A stretch of DNA of 64,000 nt from Candidatus Omnitrophota bacterium (GTDB taxonomy: Bacteria > Omnitrophota > Gorgyraeia > 1-14-0-20-64-10), in NCBI GenBank assembly GCA_023248155.1, contig JAHFFE010000003.1:148159-212158 (forward strand), given 5' to 3'. This document shows positions 47,900-56,642 of the stretch, piece after piece. The translations under genes and the position numbers were made by a program. Positions within the stretch are counted from its first letter, which is position 1, and each line of letters opens with the position of its first letter. The notes beneath the pieces were generated by a model. The model had not been told where the DNA came from and did no database searches. It saw only the letters and a program-made list of their open reading frames with translations.

Positions 47900-49436
47900 G
47901 TCGCTTTCTGCGGCCCTCATTCTTGCCTTGGCCGTCACACCGGTTCACGCCGCGCCCAAGGCAGAGATGCCGGCGGCCGAACCGGCGCAGACGATTTCAA
48001 TGGATGTCAGCGAGGCCTACCTCGACGATGTGCTTAAACTGCTTTCCAAGCAGTCCGGCATGAACTTCGCCGCGGCAGAGGGAGTATCCGAAAAGAAGGT
48101 CACGCTCTATTTTGACAAAGTCCCGGTCATGTCGGCCGTGGAAACGCTGCTGAACGCCTACCATTTAACGCTGGAGCCGCAGTCTCAAAAAAATCTATAT
48201 GTGGTCACGGAATCGGGTGGTCCGAAATTCCAGACCCTCACGAAAGTATTCCATCTGAAATACGCGCGCGTGGTTCCAAGCCAGGGAGACAGCACGACTA
48301 CGTTCGGCACCAGCGGCTCTTTAATCAAGGAATCGATCGGAAGCTCATCCAGCAGCTCGTCAAGCTCAAGCAGCAGTTCATCGACAAATTCTTCGTCAAC
48401 CGGCTCGACATCCGGCACAACGGAAGCCACCGGCGGACCCATTCCAATCGTTAAAGCATTGTTGACCGAGCATGGTTCCGTGGTAGCCGATACGAGAACC
48501 AACTCGATGATTGTCACCGATATTCCCGAACGGGTTAAAGTGATCGAGGAAACTCTCAAAACCATTGATGTCAAACCCAAACAGATCTACATCGAAGCCG
48601 AGGTCCTCGAAGTCACGCTCGACACGCTGCGCCGGATCGGGCTGGAATACGGTTCTTCCACCGGACAGGTCGCTAGCTTCACGGGTCCGGTCCGAAAAAC
48701 TTATTTTCCGTTCGCGCGCGGATTATTCGATCTAGCCACGCAGAGTCAGACGCTGGGAACGCTTTCTTTTGCCGAAGCCAACGTGCTCTTGAAATTGCTG
48801 GCCACCGAAAAAGAGGTTAAATTCCTGGCCCGGCCGCGACTGCTGACTTTAAGCAATGAGGTGGCAGAAATACGGATCGTCGCGGAGGCGGTTACAGGAA
48901 TCACATCCGATTCCCAGGCAACGACCGGAACGATCACGACTACGCCGGAACGAACCACCGTGGGAACCATCCTGCGCGTCACGCCCCAGGTGAACGACGG
49001 CAAATATATCACGATGGTCATTGAGCCGGAAGTGTCGCGCGTTATCCAATCGTCCAGTTTCTCCGATTTTCTTGATCCGAACCGCCGCATCGCGCGAACT
49101 ACGGTGATGGTGCCGGATAAGGGAACCGCCATGATTGCCGGCTTGATTTCGCGTGAAAATACCGATGAAAACCGCAAAGTTCCGGGGTTGGGGGATCTTC
49201 CAATTATTGGATCCGCGTTCAAACGGACTGCCAGTGAAAAAAAGGATACCGAAATCCTTTTATTCATTACGCCGCATATTATGGAAGAGGGCAATCCCGC
49301 TCCTGAAATCCAATTTGCGAAGGAACGGGAGCAGGCGCCGGTAACGTCCAAGGAGGAATCGTTCTTGCGCGATCACCGCAAAAAAATTCTCAAGGAACGG
49401 GCGATCAACGATACCATCGAATCGATCGTTTGGTAG
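47868..49436 (+). CDS. Secretin (PilQ/GspD family)
   Basis: Signal peptide, DTRTNS.IVTD, QIYIEA, L.VTPQ, IAGLI, KVPGLGDLPIIG..F, FITP.I. Confidence 0.92.
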   Translation: MKIRLPFDLYKSLSAALILALAVTPVHAAPKAEMPAAEPAQTISMDVSEAYLDDVLKLLSKQSGMNFAAAEGVSEKKVTLYFDKVPVMSAVETLLNAYHLTLEPQSQKNLYVVTESGGPKFQTLTKVFHLKYARVVPSQGDSTTTFGTSGSLIKESIGSSSSSSSSSSSSSSTNSSSTGSTSGTTEATGGPIPIVKALLTEHGSVVADTRTNSMIVTDIPERVKVIEETLKTIDVKPKQIYIEAEVLEVTLDTLRRIGLEYGSSTGQVASFTGPVRKTYFPFARGLFDLATQSQTLGTLSFAEANVLLKLLATEKEVKFLARPRLLTLSNEVAEIRIVAEAVTGITSDSQATTGTITTTPERTTVGTILRVTPQVNDGKYITMVIEPEVSRVIQSSSFSDFLDPNRRIARTTVMVPDKGTAMIAGLISRENTDENRKVPGLGDLPIIGSAFKRTASEKKDTEILLFITPHIMEEGNPAPEIQFAKEREQAPVTSKEESFLRDHRKKILKERAINDTIESIVW

Positions 49437-49440
49437 CCTA

Positions 49441-51183
49441 ATGACCGTCCGAACCCATCTTCGCATCGGAGACATCCTGGTTCGAGAAGGACTCGTTTCC
49501 GAATCCCAGCTCAAAGACGCCATTCAACTTCAAAAAAACAATGGGCGGCGGCTGGGTGAAACGCTGATTGAATTGCACCTGGTCACTGAAGACAAACTGG
49601 CTGAAGTGCTCGGAAAACAACTCGGTATTCCATACCGCAGGGCCGACCACGGCGAACTGGTGCCGGCGGAAGACCCGGCCCTGCAAAAAATCGTTCCGCA
49701 AGAAATCATCCGCAAAGATCTGGTTCTGCCGCTGGAGAAAAAAGGATCTGTCCTGACCATCGCGCTGATGGATCCGCTCGATCTGCTGCTGATCGACAAC
49801 CTGAAGAATCGGACCGGCTGTGAAATCAAGCCCGTGATCGCGACACGGACCGATCTGCTGGCCGCGATTACCGCCACTTACGGTGCCCAGGATCTTCTTA
49901 AAAAAGCGATGGAGGGCAGCTACGGGGAAAAGGAGGATGGGGCTGCCGGAAGTTCCGCTCTAAAATTCGAGTCCATCGAAGATTTAACCGCCAGCCAGCA
50001 ATCGCAGGAAGATGCCGAATCACAGGCGGGACAGACACAGGTCATCCGGATTGTGGACCTGCTGCTGCTGGAAGCGGTTACATCCCGCGCCAGCGACATC
50101 CACATTGAACCGTACATCAACCGCCTCACGATCCGGCTTCGGATCGACGGGGTTCTGCAGGCGATCGACTCTCCGGCGCCGCACCTGATGCTGGCGATTA
50201 TCTCGCGCATCAAAATTCTGGCCAAAATGGATATCGCCGAAAAACGGCTCCCGCAGGACGGCGGATTCACCATTAAGATGGGTGAAAAAAGTGTTGATCT
50301 GCGCGTCTCGACGGTCCCGGTAATCTACGGAGAAAAAATCGTCATCCGGCTGCTGGATAAAAGCAACCTGGTTACCGATTATAAACAGATGGGCTTGGAC
50401 GGCAGCGCGTTAGCCGATGTCGAGCGGGGTATCACCGCCCCGTACGGCTTGATTTTTATCACGGGCCCCACCGGAAGCGGAAAATCAACTACGCTGTATG
50501 CCACGCTGACTAAACTAAAAAGCCCCGGTAAAAACCTACTCACCATCGAAGACCCCGTCGAATATAAGCTGGAAGGGATCAACCAGGTGCAAGCCAAACC
50601 GCAGATCGGCCTGACATTCGCGGCCGGATTAAGGGCTTTTCTGCGCCAGGACCCCGATGTCATCATGCTGGGCGAGGTACGCGACCTGGAGACAGCCGAG
50701 ATCTGCGTACGGGCCGCGCTGACGGGGCATTTGGTGCTCTCAACGCTGCACACAAACGATTCGGCCTCAGCCATTACGCGTCTGACCGATCTGGGCATTG
50801 AACCGGCGCTGCTCTCTCCGTCATTGGTATTGATTATCGCGCAGCGGCTGGTACGGCGGCTTTGCCCGGAATGCAAGGAGCCCTCGCCTCCGTTGCCGGA
50901 GCTCCGAGAAAAACTCAACCTTTCGGAAGGAACTTATTTCAAGCCGAAAGGTTGCAAAAACTGCCGGAATATCGGCTACAAGGGCCGGATGGCCATTTAT
51001 GAAGTGCTGCGCGTCACGCCGGCTGTCCGCGACGCGATCGTCCGAAAATTATCGGCCGAAGAGATCAAAGAAATCGCGCGCAAAAACGGCATGAAAACGC
51101 TGACGGACAGCGGCCTTGAAAAAGCGGCTGCCGGCTTAAGCTCCATTGAAGAAGTCCTCGCTGTAACCGTGGGAATGGTGTAG
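49441..51183 (+). CDS. pilB: Pilus assembly ATPase PilB/GspE with MshEN-like N-terminus
   Basis: RIGDILV..G and RLGETLI, ASDIHIEP, GPTGSGKSTT, LRQDPD, TGHLVLSTLHTND, CxxC pairs. Confidence 0.92.
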   Translation: MTVRTHLRIGDILVREGLVSESQLKDAIQLQKNNGRRLGETLIELHLVTEDKLAEVLGKQLGIPYRRADHGELVPAEDPALQKIVPQEIIRKDLVLPLEKKGSVLTIALMDPLDLLLIDNLKNRTGCEIKPVIATRTDLLAAITATYGAQDLLKKAMEGSYGEKEDGAAGSSALKFESIEDLTASQQSQEDAESQAGQTQVIRIVDLLLLEAVTSRASDIHIEPYINRLTIRLRIDGVLQAIDSPAPHLMLAIISRIKILAKMDIAEKRLPQDGGFTIKMGEKSVDLRVSTVPVIYGEKIVIRLLDKSNLVTDYKQMGLDGSALADVERGITAPYGLIFITGPTGSGKSTTLYATLTKLKSPGKNLLTIEDPVEYKLEGINQVQAKPQIGLTFAAGLRAFLRQDPDVIMLGEVRDLETAEICVRAALTGHLVLSTLHTNDSASAITRLTDLGIEPALLSPSLVLIIAQRLVRRLCPECKEPSPPLPELREKLNLSEGTYFKPKGCKNCRNIGYKGRMAIYEVLRVTPAVRDAIVRKLSAEEIKEIARKNGMKTLTDSGLEKAAAGLSSIEEVLAVTVGMV

Positions 51184-51186
51184 CCG

Positions 51187-52437
51187 ATGGCTTCCTATTA
51201 CACGTATACCGCGCGCACCAAGGACGGACGAAGGGAATCCGGCGTCATCGAAGCGTCTTCTTCCGATGAAGCGCTCACCATCCTTCAAAACAAAGAACTG
51301 CTGGTGCTCGGGCTTCAGGAACGGTCCGATAAAGCGGCCGGTGGTGGGCCGGCCGCGGCCAAAACATCCGCCAGCCCGCTTACGATGAAACAGTTTCACA
51401 AGGGCGTTAAGGCATCCGACCTGATTATTTTTTCACGGTCTCTGGCCGCCATGACCGAGGCCGGCTTGCCGCTGCTGCGCGCCATGGAAACAGTCCAGTC
51501 CCAAATACGATCCAAAGGCCTTTCCGACGCGCTCGGAGAAATGCTTCAGGATATCCGCGGCGGCTCTACGTTCCGGGACGCGATCGCCAAACACCCGAAA
51601 ATTTTTACGCCATTCTGGATCAGCATGGTGGAAACGGGCGAGGCCTCCGGCCAGCTGACGAAATCACTGGAACAGATTTCGATTCAGCTTGAAAAAGCGG
51701 GCACGGTGCAGCGCAAGGTTATTTCTGCGTTAATGTATCCGGCCATTCTTCTGCTGGTCGCCATCGGCGCCATTTTTATTTTCACGCTGAGAATCATCCC
51801 CACGTTTGGGGCTATGTATAAAAGCTTCGGCGCTGATCTTCCGATGCTGACCCAAATGGTGCTGAATTTTTCGGAATTTATGCAGCACTATATCCTGCTC
51901 GTGGTTTTGGTCATCGCCGGCGTGGTTTTCTCTTTTTCAAATTATGTTCAGACCAAGTCGGGGCGGTGGCAGTTTGACCTGTTTCGGCTGCGGGCGCCGA
52001 TTATCGGGCCCGTTTTCCAAGGCGTGGCGGCCGAACAGTTTGCCTCCAACCTGGGAACGCTGTTGAAAGCCGGCGTGCCCATCCTGCACGCGCTGGAAAT
52101 TGTGATCACGACCTCCGACAATAAAGTAATCGCCGCGCTGCTTGAAAACATGCGCGCCGGAGTCCGGGAAGGCAAACCGCTGGCCGATCCGCTCATTCAG
52201 ACCGATCTTCTGCCGGCGATGGTCGGGCAGATGCTGGCCGTCGGAGAACAGACCGGAAAACTGCCGGACATGCTGGAGGAGATCAGCAAATATTATGAAG
52301 AACAGGTGACCACCGCCGTGGATCGAATGACCTCTTTGCTGGAGCCGCTCATGCTGGTCGGTATGGGACTGGTCATCGGTATTTTGGTGCTGTCAATGTA
52401 TTTGCCCATTTTCAACATGACCTCCATTGTAAAATGA
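51187..52437 (+). CDS. pilC: Platform protein PilC/GspF
   Basis: AGLPLL, GEASGQL, ALMYP, AGVPIL, GEQTG.L..ML, LLEP, MYLPIF. Confidence 0.93.
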   Translation: MASYYTYTARTKDGRRESGVIEASSSDEALTILQNKELLVLGLQERSDKAAGGGPAAAKTSASPLTMKQFHKGVKASDLIIFSRSLAAMTEAGLPLLRAMETVQSQIRSKGLSDALGEMLQDIRGGSTFRDAIAKHPKIFTPFWISMVETGEASGQLTKSLEQISIQLEKAGTVQRKVISALMYPAILLLVAIGAIFIFTLRIIPTFGAMYKSFGADLPMLTQMVLNFSEFMQHYILLVVLVIAGVVFSFSNYVQTKSGRWQFDLFRLRAPIIGPVFQGVAAEQFASNLGTLLKAGVPILHALEIVITTSDNKVIAALLENMRAGVREGKPLADPLIQTDLLPAMVGQMLAVGEQTGKLPDMLEEISKYYEEQVTTAVDRMTSLLEPLMLVGMGLVIGILVLSMYLPIFNMTSIVK

Positions 52438-52512
52438 CGCGAATCAAAACAAATATTCTCATTTGGGGTATAATTTAGTTCGGAAGCGTTCAGATAAAAG
52501 GAGGATGCGTAG

Positions 52513-52911
52513 ATGAATAAAGCCAGGTCAAAAGGTTTTACATTGCTTGAGTTGTTGATCGTCGTTATCATTATCGGCGCTTTGGCATCGGTGGCTCTTC
52601 CGCAGTTCGGAAAAATGGTCAAAAAAGCCCGCGCGTCCGAAGCCATTGCGAACATCGGCGCCATCTTGACGGCAGAGCAGGTGCTTTATCAGGAAGGCGA
52701 CTTCACCACAACGCTGGCGAATGTGCCGGTGGATGTGAACTCGGGTACCAACTTCACCTATACGATCACGACGCCGGGCGCTGCGGGTGCAACGCGCAAC
52801 TGTGTTGTGGCCGCGGTGGGGGTGGCGGGTGGAAACTATGCCGGGATTTCAGCAACAGGCACGCTCAACAACAACGGCACCAGAACTACGCCGAGTATGG
52901 TTGTAGCCTAA
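52513..52911 (+). CDS. Type IV pilin (probable major pilin)
   Basis: G|FTLLELLIV class III signal; strong SD AAGGAGG, upstream TATAAT, own terminator. Confidence 0.9.
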   Translation: MNKARSKGFTLLELLIVVIIIGALASVALPQFGKMVKKARASEAIANIGAILTAEQVLYQEGDFTTTLANVPVDVNSGTNFTYTITTPGAAGATRNCVVAAVGVAGGNYAGISATGTLNNNGTRTTPSMVVA

Positions 52912-52922
52912 AATTAAAAAAC

Positions 52923-52964
52923 AAAGACAGAGTGGGTTTTTCGTTCCACTCTGTCTTTATTTTT
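52923..52964 (+). terminator. Intrinsic terminator after first pilin
   Basis: Perfect 13-bp stem AAAGACAGAGTGG/CCACTCTGTCTTT followed by ATTTTT. Confidence 0.85.
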
Positions 52965-52981
52965 CAGAGCAGATACCCAAG

Positions 52982-53392
52982 ATGAAAAAAACCGGATTCA
53001 CGCTAATTGAGCTTTTGATCGTTGTCGTGATCATCGGGGCGCTGGCGTCGTTGGCCGCTCCGGGTTTCTCGAGATCGATTGAGCGGGCGAAAGTCAAAGA
53101 CGCGGAAACAGTACTCTCCTCCATCTACACGGCTGAAAAAATCTACCGTCTGGACCAGGGAACTTTCGGAACGCTGGCCAACCTCACCAACGCGACTAAT
53201 AATTATCTCTCGGACCCCAACGGCAGCGCTGACTGGGCCTATACGGTTCCTTTGTCCGGCGCGGCGCCGACCAGCACATTCACGGCTACCGCGACGCGCA
53301 GTGCCGGCAACTTTAACGGCAATACAATCACAGTCACGCAAAACTTCGACGGCAGCAGTTACGGAGGAAATCACCCGCTGCGGGATCAATAA
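52982..53392 (+). CDS. Type IV pilin (second/minor)
   Basis: G|FTLIELLIVVVIIGALA; F.A.ATR strand. Confidence 0.9.
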   Translation: MKKTGFTLIELLIVVVIIGALASLAAPGFSRSIERAKVKDAETVLSSIYTAEKIYRLDQGTFGTLANLTNATNNYLSDPNGSADWAYTVPLSGAAPTSTFTATATRSAGNFNGNTITVTQNFDGSSYGGNHPLRDQ

Positions 53393-54471
53393 TGGCCACG
53401 CCGACCATTGAAGAACTTCTCCGCACGGCCATTCAGCAAAAAGCGTCCGATCTTCATTTAACCGTAGGCCTGCCTCCTCAGCTGCGTATTGACGGGAAAT
53501 TAGTCCGCCTTCCTCTTCCGGTACTGATGGATGACGACACCCGCCAGCTGGCCTACTCGATGCTGACACCCGACCAGATCAGCCGTTTTGAACGGACCAA
53601 AGAACTCGATGGTTCCTACAGCATCCGCGGCTTATCCCGCTTCCGGATCAATCTCTATTGGCAGCGCGGATCAATCGGAGCGGCGGTCCGGATGATCCCG
53701 TATGAAATTCCTTCCATCGCCGATTTGGGCCTTCCCCAGGTGCTGGAAGAGTTCGCGCTCAAGCCCCATGGCTTGTTTATCGTCAGCGGGCCGACCGGAG
53801 CGGGAAAATCAACCACGCTGGCGGCCATGGTGCGCAGCATCAATGAAAAGCGCCCCTGCCACATCATGACGATTGAAGACCCGATCGAGTACCTGCACCG
53901 GCATAACAAAGCAACCATCAACCAGCGCGAGCTGGGCATTGATACGCATTCGTTTCCGGAAGCGCTGCGCCACGTGCTGCGCGAAGACCCCAATGTGATT
54001 TTAGTCGGTGAGATGCGCGATCTGGAAACAATGACGGCCGCGCTGACGCTGGCCGAAACCGGGCACTTGGTGCTGACGACGCTGCACACCTCGGATGTAG
54101 TCCACGCGGTTCAGCGTATCGTCGATGTTTTTCCGCCGTATCAGCAGTCGCAGATCCGCGTCCAGCTTTCACTCGTGCTGGTCGGCATCGTTGTTCAGCA
54201 GCTGATTCCAAAATCACCGGGGCAGGGACGCGTGGCCGCCTGCGAGGTAATGGCCTGCACGCCGTCAATGGGCAACCTGATCCGTGAAAATCAGCTGCAC
54301 CAACTCAGAACTTTTCTGCAAACAGGCCGTAAAATGGGGATGTGCACGATGAACCATTCCATGGCTGACCTTTATACCAAAGGCCTGGTTTCCTGGGAGG
54401 AAATTGCGAAGCGGACTACCGACCTTCAGGAACTTTCCAACCTCGTCAAACCGCCGGGGCACTCCGCCTAA
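53392..54471 (+). CDS. pilT: Pilus retraction ATPase PilT
   Basis: ASDLHL, RFRIN, GPTGAGKSTTLA, EDPIEY, LREDP, GEMRD, AETGH, NLIRE. Confidence 0.93.
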   Translation: MATPTIEELLRTAIQQKASDLHLTVGLPPQLRIDGKLVRLPLPVLMDDDTRQLAYSMLTPDQISRFERTKELDGSYSIRGLSRFRINLYWQRGSIGAAVRMIPYEIPSIADLGLPQVLEEFALKPHGLFIVSGPTGAGKSTTLAAMVRSINEKRPCHIMTIEDPIEYLHRHNKATINQRELGIDTHSFPEALRHVLREDPNVILVGEMRDLETMTAALTLAETGHLVLTTLHTSDVVHAVQRIVDVFPPYQQSQIRVQLSLVLVGIVVQQLIPKSPGQGRVAACEVMACTPSMGNLIRENQLHQLRTFLQTGRKMGMCTMNHSMADLYTKGLVSWEEIAKRTTDLQELSNLVKPPGHSA

Positions 54472-54518
54472 CTCATCCGGAATTCGTGGTACAATAATTT
54501 TTCCGCTTTTATTTTCCT

Positions 54519-54591
54519 GGGGCTGTAGCTCAGCTGGGAGAGCGCCTGCATCGCACGCAGGAGGTCAGGGGTTCGATCCCCCTCAGCTCCA
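54519..54591 (+). tRNA. tRNA-Ala (anticodon CGC), CCA not encoded
   Basis: GGGGCTG/CAGCTCC acceptor with G3.U70, CCTGC-AT-CGC-AC-GCAGG anticodon arm, GTTCGA T-loop, discriminator A followed by TTT; TG-G-TACAAT promoter at 54487. Confidence 0.97.
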
Positions 54592-54617
54592 TTTCCTTCA
54601 GACATCTACCGTTGTTT

Positions 54618-54961
54618 AAGTCAGTCCGGGAGCGGGTCCGTGAACGCGCTCGAAATCGACTACCGATTTCTCGCTCCGGTTTCGGCCTTACCGAAAATCC
54701 CGCTGAAACGGCCTCAACAGGGTTCACGCGACCCATCTCCCGAACTGCCTCTTAATGCTTCAAGCGATTCCGTGCAGGATAAGGCTGAGCAGGCACTGGA
54801 AACCCTGAGCGGGCATGGTTCTCCGCTAACAGCGGAGAGAGCGAAGGGTTGACCGTAGTGCAGCGAGACTCGCAGGGGCGAGCAAGCGGCCTGCGAACGC
54901 CTTGCCTGACGGAAGCGTGAAGAAGCAAAAGTGTCCACGGCTCCCATGCCCGGGCCGGCTC
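54618..54961. repeat. Structured mosaic intergenic repeat, copy C (diverged core plus nested hairpins)
   Basis: 134-bp core 54618-54751 homologous to the A/B core; nested stems 54757-54926; end arm 54931-54957 is the exact reverse complement of 10763-10789. Confidence 0.88.
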
Positions 54962-54964
54962 TTA

Positions 54965-56458
54965 TCAGAATTTCTTGTAGGCGGTCCAGCAGGGGATCAT
55001 TCGCGCCGGATGATACGATTCTTTTGACTGCTTCAATCCCTCCAGGCCGCTGTCACCCATCGTATTAATCCAGGTAAATTGATTCTGCGTTCTGCAAAAC
55101 TCACGGAAAATCAGCGCTGACAATCCGGGGATGGTTCTATCGGTCATTTCAGTGTAAATGCAAAATAATTCGTCCGATAATGGCCGTCCGATCGTATAAC
55201 CCAACAGCTTGCCATCGGCCTCAAGGCCATACGCAACCCAGTCCTCGGCCGTCGGCGCCTTTAGCAATCGTTGATGGAAAAAGAAGCTGTCCCGGATCAT
55301 CCGGTGCGTTTCATCCTGTTCGGGATGCTTCAAATAAGAATCGGCGGCCCAGCGCCAATACAATTCCGCGCAGGAATTGAAATCACCCGGCGTCAACGGC
55401 CTGAACCGGTATTCGCCAATCATTTTAGAGGCCTGGTTGATCATGCCTCGATGAGAATGGTACCGGTCTCCGCTTAAATCGGCCAGATCGGAACGGAGGT
55501 AGCAATAATCCGATTCGGATGCGCGCAGAGAAAAGCCGGCTTTCTCAAACAACGATTTCTGTTGTTCGGAAACCCCTTCGATGCGGGAGACCGCGTTTCC
55601 GGAATTTAAACGGTTGAGTTGGACCCAGGCCTCATTGAGAATCGGGGGCGAGAGCGTTTCCGCCAACGGCGGAAACGGCATAAAAAAACCGCCGGCCTGC
55701 CGTGCGAATACAAACAAACCATCCGGTTTCTTCATCCAATATAAAGAGATTAAATCGGTCCAGGGTATCCAGGCATCCACCGTGCCGCCCGAAAGATGGT
55801 TCTCTGCGGAGTCCGCCTCCGCTTTCCGAATCAACGGCAGATCAGAATTGAGAACCGGCTGTAATCCTTCCGGCACAGAAACCGCCGGCAAGGGCAGCGC
55901 AGAACTTGCTGATTGAATCCAGGCAACCGGAAGATATTCAGGCCACCAGTCGCCGACCACAGCAGGATTGGAACTGAAATAATCGGCAGCCACCGTCTGT
56001 TCCAGGTAATTAATAAGGGTGTGGATATAAGCCGCCATCGCCGGTTCTTTCATGCTGGCTTGAATATAGGGGCATTTCATATCAATGGCCAACAGCGGTT
56101 CGGAACCGGACGGATGCCGCGTCATCACAAACGGATAAAGACGGCAATCGAGCGGTTTAATCGAATGAATCAGGCATTTTTTAGACGACTCCTCAAACGC
56201 CGAGCAATGAAATCCCCCGGAATGGCTGCATGGATTTAATTGAGGGGTAAAAACAGGCAATCCGGGTACCGGCTTGAGCTTTAATGGGGTAGGTAAGCGA
56301 TGCGCGGATTCATTTACCCAGGCCGCCTCACGCCCGGACCAGACCGGCGTCTGCGCTTTCTCTGAATCGGGGAAACGGCAGCAGATCCGGCAGTCAAAAC
56401 ACCATGATTCCGGGACGATCTGCGGGAGTTGTTGAATAAACGCGTCTAAAGAATCCAC
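54965..56458 (-). CDS. YkgJ-family Cys-cluster domain fused to DUF2156 (aminoacyl-tRNA transferase-like GNAT) domain
   Basis: CFDCRICC, C.IH..KPLDCRLYPF; C-terminal DY.Y...DL..L.G..Y..HR..IN and IN.MGDSGLEGLKQSKESYHP. Confidence 0.75.
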   Translation of the reverse strand: MDSLDAFIQQLPQIVPESWCFDCRICCRFPDSEKAQTPVWSGREAAWVNESAHRLPTPLKLKPVPGLPVFTPQLNPCSHSGGFHCSAFEESSKKCLIHSIKPLDCRLYPFVMTRHPSGSEPLLAIDMKCPYIQASMKEPAMAAYIHTLINYLEQTVAADYFSSNPAVVGDWWPEYLPVAWIQSASSALPLPAVSVPEGLQPVLNSDLPLIRKAEADSAENHLSGGTVDAWIPWTDLISLYWMKKPDGLFVFARQAGGFFMPFPPLAETLSPPILNEAWVQLNRLNSGNAVSRIEGVSEQQKSLFEKAGFSLRASESDYCYLRSDLADLSGDRYHSHRGMINQASKMIGEYRFRPLTPGDFNSCAELYWRWAADSYLKHPEQDETHRMIRDSFFFHQRLLKAPTAEDWVAYGLEADGKLLGYTIGRPLSDELFCIYTEMTDRTIPGLSALIFREFCRTQNQFTWINTMGDSGLEGLKQSKESYHPARMIPCWTAYKKF

Positions 56459-56487
56459 CTCGAATCTCCATTTACAGGTTCTTTTTT

Positions 56488-56525
56488 ACATGTTATTGTG
56501 ATACCAAGATATCAGTGTAACATGT
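56488..56525. promoter_or_regulatory. Imperfect 38-bp palindrome in divergent promoter region (candidate operator)
   Basis: ACATGTTA-ttg-TGATA-ccaaga-TATCA-gtg-TAACATGT. Confidence 0.5.
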
Positions 56526-56546
56526 CCAATGAAGGAGAACTTATCC

Positions 56547-56630
56547 ATGGGTAAAAATGTTCCGAAGGGAATTCGCAATCGCCGCCGCCGCCGCCGGAAA
56601 TCCGGAAAAGCGCATAGCGCAAAGAAATAG
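56547..56630 (+). CDS. Small basic ORF, 27 aa: MGKNVPKGIRNRRRRRRKSGKAHSAKK
   Basis: AAGGAG SD 9 nt upstream of ATG; TAG abuts the SD (AGGAG) of the next gene; below the ORF-track size cutoff. Confidence 0.65.
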   Translation: MGKNVPKGIRNRRRRRRKSGKAHSAKK

Positions 56631-56642
56631 TCAGGAGCTTTG

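Noticed and set aside
54519-54961. Genomic island integrated at tRNA-Ala
   Set aside because: No integrase and no duplicated tRNA 3' end seen; flanking genes have host-like composition
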